Positions 20,360-32,879 of a DNA stretch of 64,000 nucleotides are shown piece by piece. Origin of the DNA: Saccharolobus solfataricus P2 (GTDB lineage Archaea; Thermoproteota; Thermoprotei_A; Sulfolobales; Sulfolobaceae); assembly GCF_000007005.1 (NCBI RefSeq), contig NC_002754.1. The stretch is one strand, 5' to 3'. Both the position numbers and the translations under genes were made by a program. Numbering within the stretch: the stretch's first letter is position 1; every line of letters begins with the position of its first letter. The notes beneath the pieces were generated by a model. That model made no database searches and had not been told where the DNA came from. It saw only the letters and a program-made list of their open reading frames with translations.

Positions 20360-20504
20360 CCGGGGAGTTAACGGAGAAACCCTCTTTCCTTTCAACTAGA
20401 ACTTGAAATTCCATTTTACATTACTCATTTTTTGCATTATTATAAACAAGTAAACCGGAAAACTTGACGAGTTTCCAAAACGTTTCTGAGAAAACAAAAC
20501 AGCT

Positions 20505-20546
20505 CTCTCGAGCCCGTGACCTGGGTTCAAATCCCGGCCGCGGCAC
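20505..20546 (+). other. att half-site: 3' half of tRNA-Glu(CUC)
   Basis: ctctcga gcccgtgacctgggttcaaatcccggccgcggca = anticodon loop, T arm and acceptor 3' strand; no 5' half upstream. Confidence 0.85.
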
Positions 20547-20857
20547 TAATTCCTCATAAATAGACCGCCTACATAGCTAGGGAAGGTTAGCGTCAGTAAA
20601 TGTTAAGAATAAGCGCAATTTAGCTATCCACCTTTCCTAAAAAATTGTTTAGATACAACGAAATGACGAGTATGAACTCTTGAATTTTGAATATGCTATT
20701 ACGTTCTTACCTACTAGAACTTTTTACATTGATCAAGAGTAAAGGAAAAAAAAAGGTGTTTAAGATAAATCTAATTGAGGAAAATGGGGAAAAAGTTTAA
20801 AGTTAATATTATAGGATTGATTGTCATAGCAAGTTATTACGCGGATACGGGTAGTAG

Positions 20858-21280
20858 TTGTTAGAGGTGTTCGTAGTGTTTATTGACGACCCAACCTTCT
20901 ATTATTGGTTGGTTTTACAATCGTTGATTAATTATATAAGTGGTACAATAGTTTTTGTACCAATATATTTTAAACTAATGCAGGAAAATTACCAGAGAAA
21001 CTTAAGAATAGTAGCTTTAGGATGGTATGGTATAAATACGTTATTAGGTATCTTTGGATTTTTAATATATAAATACTTCTATCACCAGATCGTGCCACTA
21101 TACGTCCTATTCGGGATCACCCTAAGTACTATAGCATTTTTTGCTATTTTAGGTTTCATGTACTCTGGTATTAGTTTCGACTTCTTCAACAATCCCCACA
21201 AGTTAGAAACAAAAAGAGTTATAATCGGCATGATAATTTCTGTAATAGGGATAATATTAACTGTCATCCTATTTCTTTGA
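20858..21280 (+). CDS. hypothetical 4-TM membrane protein
   Basis: Hydrophobic 140-aa ORF. Confidence 0.55.
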   Translation: MLEVFVVFIDDPTFYYWLVLQSLINYISGTIVFVPIYFKLMQENYQRNLRIVALGWYGINTLLGIFGFLIYKYFYHQIVPLYVLFGITLSTIAFFAILGFMYSGISFDFFNNPHKLETKRVIIGMIISVIGIILTVILFL

Positions 21281-21389
21281 CCAATATCATAGTTATTCAA
21301 TTTTTAATTGGTTGGCTCTCTTTATCCAAATTAGTATTTTCCGTACACCACAAATTCATTATTCCGAAATTAACTAAAAGAATATTATA

Positions 21390-21661
21390 TCAAGAGATCC
21401 AAAGTGTATAATTATAGAACTAGCATGGGGAGATGGAGCTACTTCTAAGCCTAATGAGTGGATTGAACTGCTAAGACAGAAGGGATTTAAAATATTTTTA
21501 TTCAGATTAACTGCTAATAGAAAAGATATTGAAGAAAGAGTTAGGGAAAGGTATGAAAAAACTCATGAAGGACCTACCGTTAATAGTGCTCTTGAAATTT
21601 ATGATTGGTATATGAATAAAAAATGTTTTATCGATTTTCCTAAAAAATGTGGATTGAACGA
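21390..21661 (+). pseudogene. gene fragment, possibly C-terminal part of a P-loop kinase
   Basis: Open frame KNIISRDPKCIIIELAWGDG...LTANRKDIEERVRER without a start, cut by ISC1212. Confidence 0.3.
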
Positions 21662-23063
<1,402 letters not shown>

Positions 23064-23125
23064 TTCCGACATAAGAAAATAGCAGTAATAGAAAATCTTT
23101 TTCTTTTTAATTTATTCTCTAGTTA

Positions 23126-23656
23126 TCAATTAGGTTTAGTTAGATACGTCTTTCTACCTATATTTATCAATCCTACTATTCCAACTATTTTTATTACATC
23201 CCCTATTACCGCAACTATTCCCAAGTTAGTTAGATATAGAGGCAATCCGATGGTAAATAATAGTGCACCCCAAAAGAATAACGAGGAGTAGATTTTGGAA
23301 AAGCTTAACGTATTTAAATAAATCGATATTCCAGCAATAGGTTCAAATATATACCCTAACACTATAACTTCTATCCCCAGGAAATTTCCCATATAAGCTA
23401 AGATCATCCCTATAAGCGTTATTACTATCGCAGGAATTGCAAAATAGTTCAAGATCCATTGTTTTCTTAACCCGCTTCTTCGATAGCTAAGATAAGATGG
23501 GATTGCCAAAATCCACACGAACGTAATTAGGATTAAGAATGTTTTGGACAAGGCAAAGTAGATACCATTTTCTAGAAGTAGAATTAGCCCATATAGTATG
23601 ATTATTGAGGCGATAAAGCTAATTACATTCCCTTGGAGTAAGAATCTACCATTCAT
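23126..23656 (-). CDS. hypothetical membrane protein
   Basis: About 6 hydrophobic segments. Confidence 0.6.
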   Translation of the reverse strand: MNGRFLLQGNVISFIASIIILYGLILLLENGIYFALSKTFLILITFVWILAIPSYLSYRRSGLRKQWILNYFAIPAIVITLIGMILAYMGNFLGIEVIVLGYIFEPIAGISIYLNTLSFSKIYSSLFFWGALLFTIGLPLYLTNLGIVAVIGDVIKIVGIVGLINIGRKTYLTKPN

Positions 23657-23711
23657 ATTTATCTACTCGTTTTTGTCAAAATAAACTCTTGTTAAAAGGT
23701 TTTTATGAAAA

Positions 23712-25694
23712 TTACTCTAATACGATTCTCACATCTACAGCAAAGGCACCGTTCTCGTTGACGAACAGAGGATTGATATCCATTTCCTTTACGTTCAAAT
23801 CAACTATCATTCTTGATACTCTAGTAATTGCCCTTATTATTGAGCTCTCATCATATCCTCTCTTTCTTGCATTCAACATATCGTGAATCTTGCTCTCAAC
23901 TAATAACTCTTGTGCCTCATCCTCGTATACTGGTGAAAGAGCATAAGCTACGTTCTTAAGCACTTCAACGTAAATTCCACCACTGCCTATTAATATTACA
24001 TGACCAAATACTGGATCTTTCAAACCTCCTATAAATACTTCCAGTCCGTTTAATTGCTGTTGGATTAGTACTCTGCTAGTTATCTTTGACAATTCGCTAT
24101 AAACTTTCTTAACGTCCTCTTTCTCAACGTTAACTACTACTCCCTTAAGTTCAGTTTTATGTAGTGGGGTATCTGGAGATATCTTCATCACTACCGGATA
24201 ACCTATACTATCTGCAACGTTTTGTGCCTCATTCTCGTTATTGGCTAATCCCCATTTCGGAGTCCTAATCCCGTAAATTTCCATAAGTTTCAGAGCTTCA
24301 AAATCCTTGAGAGTCTTTTTCCCCTTAACTAATTCTAAAGCAGCCTCGATCGGCTGTACAGTCCTTATTTTCTTTCTGGGTGTTGGTCTAAAAGTGTAAT
24401 ATTTAATCGCTTTTACAGCATCCTCTGGAAAAGTATATCCTGGAATTCCGGTCGTTTCCAATATTTTTAATGCCATATCCTCATCTAAGCCCATGGTTAC
24501 GCCAATCACTCCTTTCCCTTTGAAATTGGATATAACCCTAGCAACGTCACTACAACTTACCATGGGTAAGGACTGTACTATCACCAATTTAGTACAATCT
24601 AGACTGCTAACGATTTTCAACGCATTGTGATATCTCTCCCTATCGGCGTCTCCAGTTAGATCAAGGGGATTTTTAGGAAGGGATGTAGGTGGGAGTATTT
24701 TAGTTAGTTCTTTCTTCATCCATTCTGGGATTTCCACCAGTCTAAGCCCATTTTTGTCTATCTCATCAGAAACTAGTACACCATGTCCACCAGAGTTAGT
24801 TATAACTAAGAGTTCCTCACTTATCGGTTCAGAGTACATTAATATCTTAGCCAAGTTTAACATGTCGTGAAGGTTATCCACTAAGATCCCACCTATTGTA
24901 TTAACAGCTGCTTTAAACACCTCAAATGATCCAGCTAAACTGCCAGTATGTGTTTTAGCAGCCGAAGCTCCGCTACTACTGACTCCTCCTTTCAAAAAGA
25001 CCACAGGTTTTCTTCTAGTAGCCTCGGGTAGTTCTTCAAGGAAAGCATTTCCATCTGATACCCCTTCTAAATAAACGAATATTGCTCTAGTCTCAGCGTC
25101 CTTTGATAGGTAATTGATGACTTCATATTCCTTCACATCAGCTTGATTGCCTAAACTCACCATATAGCTTATCCCTATCCGATACTTCTGAGCCCAGTTC
25201 AACATATAAACTCCTAGCCCACCGCTTTGAACCACTAAACCTACATTTCCTCTCTTTACGTCGGTGTAAGTAAAGGTCGCATTAAATTCCGGTGTAATAA
25301 TTCCAAAGGTGTTTGGTCCTAAAACCCTAATCCCTCCTTTTCGTGCGATACTTATTACCTCGTTTTCCAATTTTTCCTCGCCAACTTCCCTAAATCCGGC
25401 AGTAATTACTATGGAAGCTTTCACTCCTTTTTCTACAAATTCTTCCATTGTTTGAGGAACAACTTCTCTGGGAACAGCAATTACGCCTAAATCAATATCA
25501 TCAGGGATTTCCTTTACGCTTTTGTAAGCCTTTACTCCCTCAACGTCTTCCGCTTTGGTATTAATTGGATATAATTTACCTTGAAATGTAGAGAGCAAAT
25601 TTCTAAATATAACGTTTCCAACTTTCTCCTTATGCCTTGAGGCACCAACAACTGCAATGCTCCTAGGCTTAAACAAGTAGTTTAATTCGTCCAT
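23712..25694 (-). CDS. ADP-forming acyl-CoA synthetase, fused alpha/beta
   Basis: SIAVVGAS CoA-binding domain, LGPN, QSGG, HTGSL phospho-His, ATP-grasp KTE..GV and DINPL. Confidence 0.92.
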   Translation of the reverse strand: MDELNYLFKPRSIAVVGASRHKEKVGNVIFRNLLSTFQGKLYPINTKAEDVEGVKAYKSVKEIPDDIDLGVIAVPREVVPQTMEEFVEKGVKASIVITAGFREVGEEKLENEVISIARKGGIRVLGPNTFGIITPEFNATFTYTDVKRGNVGLVVQSGGLGVYMLNWAQKYRIGISYMVSLGNQADVKEYEVINYLSKDAETRAIFVYLEGVSDGNAFLEELPEATRRKPVVFLKGGVSSSGASAAKTHTGSLAGSFEVFKAAVNTIGGILVDNLHDMLNLAKILMYSEPISEELLVITNSGGHGVLVSDEIDKNGLRLVEIPEWMKKELTKILPPTSLPKNPLDLTGDADRERYHNALKIVSSLDCTKLVIVQSLPMVSCSDVARVISNFKGKGVIGVTMGLDEDMALKILETTGIPGYTFPEDAVKAIKYYTFRPTPRKKIRTVQPIEAALELVKGKKTLKDFEALKLMEIYGIRTPKWGLANNENEAQNVADSIGYPVVMKISPDTPLHKTELKGVVVNVEKEDVKKVYSELSKITSRVLIQQQLNGLEVFIGGLKDPVFGHVILIGSGGIYVEVLKNVAYALSPVYEDEAQELLVESKIHDMLNARKRGYDESSIIRAITRVSRMIVDLNVKEMDINPLFVNENGAFAVDVRIVLE

Positions 25695-26040
25695 ACTATC
25701 CCTTTATCACCTCTTTTCTTATATATCTTTTTAGTATTTGCAAGTGTAGGGAACAATTTCATGCATTTGAAATTTAGTTTAAATTCCTCTAAACCTCTTT
25801 CGTCAAATGCTTCAATTGTGTAGCAAAGTTTCTGAAAAAGGGTTTAAAAATCGTAACATCTTCTCCTTATCAACATCTAAATCATATGTTGAGTTGAAGA
25901 TAAACGGATACTTTATACAATTTATGCTAAATAAACAAAACTGTTATCAATACTTGTATTTGTTGAATTGAAGCGATTCACTTGTTATAACTATCTCTCA
26001 AGTAAAAAGGGTAAAAATAGGAAAGAAAAAATATTATCTT

Positions 26041-26670
26041 TTATGGAGGATGTGCAAGATGAGCTGGGATAGTCTCAACTGCAATGAACGCACCTATAAT
26101 CCCTGCAATTATAACAAATATCCAGAATAGTATGAAGAATGCGTACATCCATCCTTCTAGCTTTGGATCCTTAACTCCTTGTTGATCTCTAAGTCTGTCC
26201 AACGCTAAGGTTACTGGGTATCCTAGAATACCAGCTATTCCATAAGTAGTGTATAGGGCTAATAGTGCTAACGGTTCTTTAGTTAGTCCCAAGTTATAGC
26301 CTGAAGCACCATAGTATATAGTTATTAAGCCTACGAATAAGGCGAAAATTCCAGTACTCTGTAATCTCTTTCCCATGTATACGGTAACTGAATAGGAAAG
26401 GATCGTAATGCCCAGCAATAAGTACACGTCATAAAACAATATGTTATAGCTCCCTGGTAAAGTCCAAGAGAATTCCCCCCATAAGCTCAGTATTATAATT
26501 ATCGTACCAAGAATTGCAGCCGGAAGTATTGAGTCATCAAGACTTCTCTTTATTGCCTCATAACCAGTCTTTCTAAATCCTATGAAAGCTTGAACTGTAG
26601 TATAAGCTATTAACACTGATACTAACGGTAATATAAATAACATTAAACCCAAGTTATCAATGAAAACCAT
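26041..26670 (-). CDS. DUF981-like membrane protein
   Basis: MVFIDNL start, WTLPGSYNILFYD motif. Confidence 0.7.
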   Translation of the reverse strand: MVFIDNLGLMLFILPLVSVLIAYTTVQAFIGFRKTGYEAIKRSLDDSILPAAILGTIIIILSLWGEFSWTLPGSYNILFYDVYLLLGITILSYSVTVYMGKRLQSTGIFALFVGLITIYYGASGYNLGLTKEPLALLALYTTYGIAGILGYPVTLALDRLRDQQGVKDPKLEGWMYAFFILFWIFVIIAGIIGAFIAVETIPAHLAHPP

Positions 26671-26946
26671 TTAATCACCAAATATATACTTATCATGGTA
26701 AATATATATAGATGATATGTCTAAACATAAACAAAAGTTAAAATTTTTACACACGAGGTAGATTCAGTTATCCATTGCGAATTCACTTTATTTCAAAGGT
26801 TGTTACGAAATTAACTAAACGAAGACGACTAATTAGCAGAGAAACACGATTGCCAATATTAACATTTTTACAACCGCATTATTTACAAATTACAATTCAC
26901 AAAGGAGACCCGAATAGCTCTCTAGCCACCTCTATTCTTGCAAAAT

Positions 26947-27645
26947 CTACTCCTTAGGAAATCCCACTACGAAATAGAATAAATTTAACGCCCTTTCCTC
27001 ATATACTTTGATGTCAATATATTTTTCGAAAATCCTTTTATGTTGAGAATTGGTGGGGACTCTCTCGTAAATATAATAAATATATTTGAAATCCCTCGCC
27101 TTAGCTCCTCCTAAGACTGCTATGTATGGCATAATATACTTTAGATATATACTCAAGTAAATCCTCCTTACCCAACTGTCAGGTTTCCCCATAGCTATAA
27201 ATCCCACAATTTTTCTTGAAACTCTGGTGATCTCCCTTATTACATCCTCTATATTGTCAGATGCGTGTAAGGCAAAGCTACTCATTACAATATCGAATGT
27301 CTTTTCTCTAAACGGCAGTGCATCAAATGAGCAAAGTACCTTATCGTCTTTGATTAGCGCCATTTTAAGCATGTTTTCAGCATAATCCGATAGTATAATC
27401 TCGTAATTAGAGTTATCTTTGTAAATTTTCTTAAACGTATATGAGAGTTCGCCTTTTCCACTTGCGACGTCTAAGATTAGCTTTGGTCTCTTACAGTACT
27501 TCAGTATGGTCTTAACGAGATCTGCCCTCCATTTCACATCTTGATTAAAGGAAATAAACCTATTAGCCCTATCATAAGCTTTCGGTATATCGTTGTAAAC
27601 TTGTTGCAGTTCTTCGTTTGTCGCCTTAATGGCTTTATTGGTCAT
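26947..27645 (-). CDS. UbiE/MenG-like SAM-dependent methyltransferase
   Basis: [31 protein letters not shown] motifs. Confidence 0.82.
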   Translation of the reverse strand: MTNKAIKATNEELQQVYNDIPKAYDRANRFISFNQDVKWRADLVKTILKYCKRPKLILDVASGKGELSYTFKKIYKDNSNYEIILSDYAENMLKMALIKDDKVLCSFDALPFREKTFDIVMSSFALHASDNIEDVIREITRVSRKIVGFIAMGKPDSWVRRIYLSIYLKYIMPYIAVLGGAKARDFKYIYYIYERVPTNSQHKRIFEKYIDIKVYEERALNLFYFVVGFPKE

Positions 27646-27887
27646 TTCACTGGTTATTAAAAAAAGAACCTATTAAATTTTTTCGGTTATATTAAAGTTG
27701 AGTTTATTTGACTACAGAGTTTTATTTTCATTATTACGTATTAGATTATCTGGGATGAACTGATTGTGTTTAAAGTATAGAGATTCAGTTAAAACATATC
27801 TACTAATTTACTAAATTAAAGTTTTTCCACAATAATTCTCAACAATTTGGCATAAAATTTAATAATTATCGTTACTAACATTTACAT

Positions 27888-28421
27888 ATGGGGAATACTG
27901 AAATAATAGATAGAGCTAAAAGTAAATTAGAGCGATTTCTCGGATTTTCCTTTCCAACTCCGCTCGTAATCGAGACCAGTATTCCCTTTTATGGATCCTA
28001 TAGATACGATGTAGTGATAATAGGCTACTTTGATAATGATGAAGATGCGTTGGAGAGAACATTAATACACGAATTAGCTCATTTCGTTCAAGATAAGATC
28101 TGTAAACCTAAGTTCCCTTATCTCCACATGTTAATTGAGGCTATTCCTTTAGCTTTCGGAATAGGAAAGGGGAAACTATTAAGGTATTTCCAATTTGTTG
28201 AGGGTTTCGCCACATGGATTGACGAGGAGATTATGGGTTATAGGGGAGATGAATACTGGTTTTCAGTACCAAAATATTACTTCAAGGTATATTATAAAGG
28301 AGCTGAAATATTTAGAAAAATGGGAAAGGAGAAAGCCATAGAATTCGGATTAACTAATAGGGAGTTCTGTAAGGAACCGCAAAGATACAAATCATTAAGA
28401 ACTATCACCATCTCAAATTGA
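27888..28421 (+). CDS. putative zincin metalloprotein
   Basis: LIHELAH plus downstream EGFATW third-ligand motif. Confidence 0.6.
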   Translation: MGNTEIIDRAKSKLERFLGFSFPTPLVIETSIPFYGSYRYDVVIIGYFDNDEDALERTLIHELAHFVQDKICKPKFPYLHMLIEAIPLAFGIGKGKLLRYFQFVEGFATWIDEEIMGYRGDEYWFSVPKYYFKVYYKGAEIFRKMGKEKAIEFGLTNREFCKEPQRYKSLRTITISN

Positions 28422-28454
28422 TAGACTTTTAATGTCATAGACTTTAAATGCTTT

Positions 28455-29642
28455 ATGAATGGTGTAGATATTTTATGGCTTGCTTATAAAGGTTTAATGG
28501 CAAGGAAAACTTTAGCCATAATATCTATAATAGCTATCATGATCGGTATTACAAGTGTTTCCTTTATCGAGGCTTTTAGTCAAGGAGTAGAACGGTCAGT
28601 AATTTCTACACTTTTTCAACTTAATCCTACAAACATTTACGTTTTTAACGAGATAGGTTATGTATCTCCTACGGACGTATCACTCATGAGTTCATTGCCC
28701 GGGATAGATGCAGTATATCCAGTGATTGAAGCCCATGGAGTAGTTCAAATAGGGGGGAGGGTTATTAATGTTTTAGTAGTAGGTGTGGATAATATATCGT
28801 CATTGCTAGGAAAAGTAGAACTTGAGAACGGTACGGTATATCCTCCAGTGACAGTACCATACGCAGTAATAGGGCATGATATAGCCCATCCTATACCAAA
28901 CGTAACCGTTCAGCCTGGTTCCACTATAATTCTAAAACTCTCTAATGGAAATGCTTTACCATTAACAGTATATGGAATTTTGCGCCCAACCCAGTCTGTT
29001 GTAATAGGTGACACTTCCGATGTTATTTTCATTCCATTAGGTGAGGCTAAGGCATTGATAAATCCTCCCGGCTATTTTCTAGTAGTATTGCAAGGTAGTA
29101 GTATAAGTGAAGTTAATACAATTACCACTCTGTTAAACTATATTTACGGCAATTCATTAACAGTAACCACAATACAACAAGCAATATCCTCTGTTCAAGT
29201 TATAATAACCAGCTTCTCGTTCCTAGTAATATTAATAGGGTCTATCTCATTATTTGTTGGTGCTGTTGGAATAATGGGAATAACCCTAGCTAGAGTCTAT
29301 CAGAGGACTAGGGAAATAGGAATAATGAAAACTGTAGGATTAACCACTAGGCAAGTCTTATTAGTCTTCCTATTAGAAGCGTTAATTGTGGGAGTAATAG
29401 GTGGGATAGTGGGGTTAACGTTAACTATAATGGGAACGTATATAATGGACATAAATGGTATACCATTTAATGCAGGATCCAGTAATGGTTCAAATCTAAT
29501 TGTGGTCATACGTCCGTTTCTCTCAATGTCCGATGTCGCAATATCAATCCTAATAGCCCTAGTGACAAGCATTATAGCTGGGATATATCCGGCGTGGAAA
29601 GCATCGAAATTGACCGTTATAGAAGCGGTAAGAAAAGATTAG
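28455..29642 (+). CDS. MacB/FtsX-type ABC permease
   Basis: One N-terminal TM, large loop, RTREIGIMKTVG, GIYPAWKASKL. Confidence 0.9.
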   Translation: MNGVDILWLAYKGLMARKTLAIISIIAIMIGITSVSFIEAFSQGVERSVISTLFQLNPTNIYVFNEIGYVSPTDVSLMSSLPGIDAVYPVIEAHGVVQIGGRVINVLVVGVDNISSLLGKVELENGTVYPPVTVPYAVIGHDIAHPIPNVTVQPGSTIILKLSNGNALPLTVYGILRPTQSVVIGDTSDVIFIPLGEAKALINPPGYFLVVLQGSSISEVNTITTLLNYIYGNSLTVTTIQQAISSVQVIITSFSFLVILIGSISLFVGAVGIMGITLARVYQRTREIGIMKTVGLTTRQVLLVFLLEALIVGVIGGIVGLTLTIMGTYIMDINGIPFNAGSSNGSNLIVVIRPFLSMSDVAISILIALVTSIIAGIYPAWKASKLTVIEAVRKD

Positions 29643-30833
29643 TTATTCTTGGTATAATCCATAACCAGTATACAACTTACCATCTTTAATGACATATGAG
29701 ACATTATTAGGTTTCAAGTTCTCAATATCTCTAGTGGGGTCATCCTTTAATACTATTAAGTCAGCCTTATATCCTTCCCTTATGTAACCCACCTTGACAC
29801 CAAGACATTCTGAAGCTATTGATGTTGATGCTCTTAGTACTTCTAAATTACTCATATATCTAGATAGGAGAACGGACTCTCTATAATTCTGTCCATGAGG
29901 TCTTTTCTTAGATCCCACATAATCCGTACCGGTAGCTATTTTCACCCCGTGGGAAACAGCAATCCTAATGTCCTCACTAAAATGTCTCTTGACAAGCTCT
30001 TCTCTGTAAATCCTAACCTCAGGATCCCTTACCTCAAATGGTACTTCATAAGTAGCTAATGTTGGAATATAGCAAATTCCCCTCTCTTTAATCATACTTG
30101 CAGTCTCATCGTCTAACCCTAAACCGTGTTCTATTGTATCCACACCAGCTAGAATGGAGTTCATAATTGCCTCTTTTCCATAGGCATGAGATGCGACTTT
30201 TAAACCAAATCTGTGAGATTCGTCAACTATAGCCTTGAGCTCATCCAATGCAAATCCAGGCAGAATTTTTCCACCTTGGGAAAAGGCTCCAGACGCGTAA
30301 ACTTTTATTACCCTAGCCCCTTGTCTAATTGCCATTCTCACAGCTTTTCTACACTCATAAGGAGAATCACAGTAAAATGAATATGAGAGCCTCTGCGCAA
30401 TATCTATTGGCAAATCCTTTGGATCATCATTACCGCCAGTGATTGCTAAAGAGTATCCAGAGGCAATGACGGTCGGTCCCAATATCTCTCCCCTTCTCTG
30501 AAGGTAATCTAGCCTTACAGCAACCTTACTTCCTAAATCCCTAACTAGAGTGAACCCGGAACGTAGCAGTCTCTCCATGTCTCTAGTACTCCTTATTGCT
30601 ACATCAATTTCGTTTACTATATTCCAGGAAAGGACGTTATCCTCTTCAACTCCGAAGAAATGCAAATGGGCATCAACTAAACCAGGCATTATGAAATTAG
30701 CTTGAATTACTTCACTTCCTTGCGGGATATCAATTCCTTCACTAACTCTTTCGATTTTATCATTCTCTATAACTACAGTACCTTGTTCAATAATTTTTTC
30801 TCCGTCGAATATTTTCCCTACGAGAGTTATCAT
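29643..30833 (-). CDS. amidohydrolase (Xaa-Pro dipeptidase-like)
   Basis: MPGLVDAHLH, ASHAYG, IEHG, GTD metal ligands. Confidence 0.9.
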   Translation of the reverse strand: MITLVGKIFDGEKIIEQGTVVIENDKIERVSEGIDIPQGSEVIQANFIMPGLVDAHLHFFGVEEDNVLSWNIVNEIDVAIRSTRDMERLLRSGFTLVRDLGSKVAVRLDYLQRRGEILGPTVIASGYSLAITGGNDDPKDLPIDIAQRLSYSFYCDSPYECRKAVRMAIRQGARVIKVYASGAFSQGGKILPGFALDELKAIVDESHRFGLKVASHAYGKEAIMNSILAGVDTIEHGLGLDDETASMIKERGICYIPTLATYEVPFEVRDPEVRIYREELVKRHFSEDIRIAVSHGVKIATGTDYVGSKKRPHGQNYRESVLLSRYMSNLEVLRASTSIASECLGVKVGYIREGYKADLIVLKDDPTRDIENLKPNNVSYVIKDGKLYTGYGLYQE

Positions 30834-30892
30834 CTTGTTAAAATAAGAGATGAAAGTATAAAAGTCATTACATAAAAAAAGATATAGTTTAT

Positions 30893-31492
30893 CTAGTGTC
30901 TTAGATCGACTTCTGCAATACCATTCATAGCTGCTTTCATTACCTTTTCGTGATCTTCTGGTGAGGGACTTGGTACAACTATGTGAATGGCCTCCATATA
31001 AGTATCAGCTTTGACTCCTCTCTTAATACCTCTAGGTACTATTACGATCGAACCCTCATGCACTTCATATTCCCTATTGTCTACGCTAACTTTTCCTTGA
31101 CCTTGTAATACGTAAAAGATCAGATCTGAATCTGGTGCATGTATTGGGATATATTGTCCAGGCTTAAAAAAGACTAGAATAACACCATATTCATCTTTCC
31201 TAAGCACCGGAATTGGAGTAAAGACGTCTCCAGTCTTTCTAAATTCAGAGATATGCGAAATTATCGCTTTATTAGTACTTCCCTTCTTTTTTGTAAGCTT
31301 TAAGACGAAATCACCATTCGCAGTTTCTTCAACCTTATACTTCTCAATATAGCCGGATAATAGTTGTATTAAATGAGATGGATAGTGGTCAGCTATTACT
31401 GTTAGTTCCTCTCCTTCTTTTAACTTACTGAAGCTTTCTAACACTAACTTATGTCTATATTCTGGTTGTATGGGTCTCAGATCTAATTCCAT
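30893..31492 (-). CDS. DUF2249 plus cupin domain protein
   Basis: LDLRPIQP..RH...DHYP N-terminal domain; PIHAP..FYVLQG cupin barrel. Confidence 0.75.
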   Translation of the reverse strand: MELDLRPIQPEYRHKLVLESFSKLKEGEELTVIADHYPSHLIQLLSGYIEKYKVEETANGDFVLKLTKKKGSTNKAIISHISEFRKTGDVFTPIPVLRKDEYGVILVFFKPGQYIPIHAPDSDLIFYVLQGQGKVSVDNREYEVHEGSIVIVPRGIKRGVKADTYMEAIHIVVPSPSPEDHEKVMKAAMNGIAEVDLRH

Positions 31493-32063
31493 GGGATAGT
31501 GTATTATCTTATGTTATAAAAAATGGTGCACTAAAGTATTAGGGTTACTACGTTTTTAGAATACCTTCTCATAACTGCGAATAGATTCAGAGGTATGTTA
31601 TCAAGTGATAGAAGGCATTTAAAGTTAAGGATAAAGGCGTATTTGGTGTAAGTTTAAGTAAAGGATCGCATTTCAGTAGAGTTCTCTAAATTCCTTTATC
31701 GATAAGGGATAAGTGTTGATAACAGTTTTGTTAGTTTAGTATAAAATCACATAAAGTATCCGTTTATCTTCAATTCAACAGATGATTCAGATGCTGGAAA
31801 AAAGAAGATGCTGTAATTTTTTAACTGTCTCCAAAAATTTTTGTTGTCCAATTAAAGCAGTTGGCTAGATTGTGCTTTGTTGAATACTTCGATTTTCTAA
31901 GATGTTAAGCTCATCAATTTTTCTTAAATCCGAAATCAAGCCTTGATTTAAAAATAAACTCCACGTTAACTCAGATAAAAATTGAAGAGATCCACAAAGC
32001 AGCTAGATTGGTATTAGGTGATTTTTAACTAAGTTTCAAATAAATGAAATTATTGTCCACTCT

Positions 32064-32145
32064 CTCATAAGATTTCACGATATTTAACATCAATCCTCAG
32101 CCCTTAGGCTTTACCAAAGTCGCGGAAGAACCCGTTCATCCTTCA
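32064..32145 (-). mobile_element. remnant of IS607 tnpB 3' end
   Basis: cataagatttcacgatatttaacatcaatcctcagcccttaggc resembles 46048-46110. Confidence 0.6.
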
Positions 32146-32215
32146 ACCCCCTTATTTTTGTATCAACTTATATGTTAGGTCTTCATTTTATATTATGAAG
32201 AAGAGGTAATTTCTT

Positions 32216-32461
32216 GTGATGATAAGGTATATAATTGACACTAGAGTTTTAGAACTCCCCCATTACGAGATAATTGAAAGGAAGATTGACGAGATAAGAG
32301 AGAGTGAAGGTATAGTAATAATTTCAGAGGTTGATCCAATTAGAGTACTTGCAAGGTTAAAAATTCAGAAAAAGGTTGACATTATAGTAAGACTCATACA
32401 TAAAAATAATCAAGAAGAAAAGAAGTGGATAATATATTTGATTAAGTCTTCTTACCGCTAG
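32216..32461 (+). CDS. small hypothetical protein
   Basis: ORF only. Confidence 0.4.
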   Translation: MMIRYIIDTRVLELPHYEIIERKIDEIRESEGIVIISEVDPIRVLARLKIQKKVDIIVRLIHKNNQEEKKWIIYLIKSSYR

Positions 32462-32786
32462 TAAGTGCTAGGATTCCAGCGATCAACAATAGGATAAATG
32501 ATATTACTCCGATCAATCCCATTGCAGGTATCGAAAGTACCGAGGCCAAAATTAATAATACGCCAGCTACTGTTTTATCTGAAATTAATGAGCCAACAAT
32601 ACCCAAAACAAACGCAGGTATTACCAAAAATCCCATAAAGCCAAAGAACATCATTCCTCTACCCATCATTCCGTATCCATTAGCGCCCATCATCCCATAA
32701 CCTGGATAGTAGAAAGCGAAAGGAATAGCTATTCCAACAATTAGAAGTAAGGAGCCAATTAATCCCAAAATCTGATAATTTTCCAT
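32442..32786 (-). CDS. membrane protein with Met/Gly-rich loop
   Basis: GMMGANGYGMMGRGMM between TM helices; lies directly downstream of the blue-copper remnant. Confidence 0.65.
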   Translation of the reverse strand: MENYQILGLIGSLLLIVGIAIPFAFYYPGYGMMGANGYGMMGRGMMFFGFMGFLVIPAFVLGIVGSLISDKTVAGVLLILASVLSIPAMGLIGVISFILLLIAGILALTSGKKT

Positions 32787-32789
32787 TTT

Positions 32790-32879
32790 CTACACCACTA
32801 TTATTTTTCCGTACATTCCCATTTCAGCGTGTCCTGGATATTCACAAACATAATAATATACAGCTGGCTGGCTGAACGT
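32790..32879 (-). pseudogene. C-terminus of rusticyanin/sulfocyanin-like blue copper protein
   Basis: TFSQPAVYYYVCEYPGHAEMGMYGKIIVV* carries the C-xx-PGH-xxx-GM type-1 Cu motif; cut by an IS. Confidence 0.8.

Larger units (their letters stand above)
18210..20546. mobile_element. remnant of integrated pNOB8/pING-type conjugative plasmid
   Basis: CopG-like gene, plrA, two variants of the plasmid TAAACTGGGGAGTTTA motif (18261-18276 reverse, 20356-20371) and a tRNA-Glu 3' half att site; integrase absent. Confidence 0.75.

Noticed and set aside
20505-20546. Complete tRNA gene
   Set aside because: Only the anticodon loop through the acceptor 3' strand is present, so it was called an att half-site.
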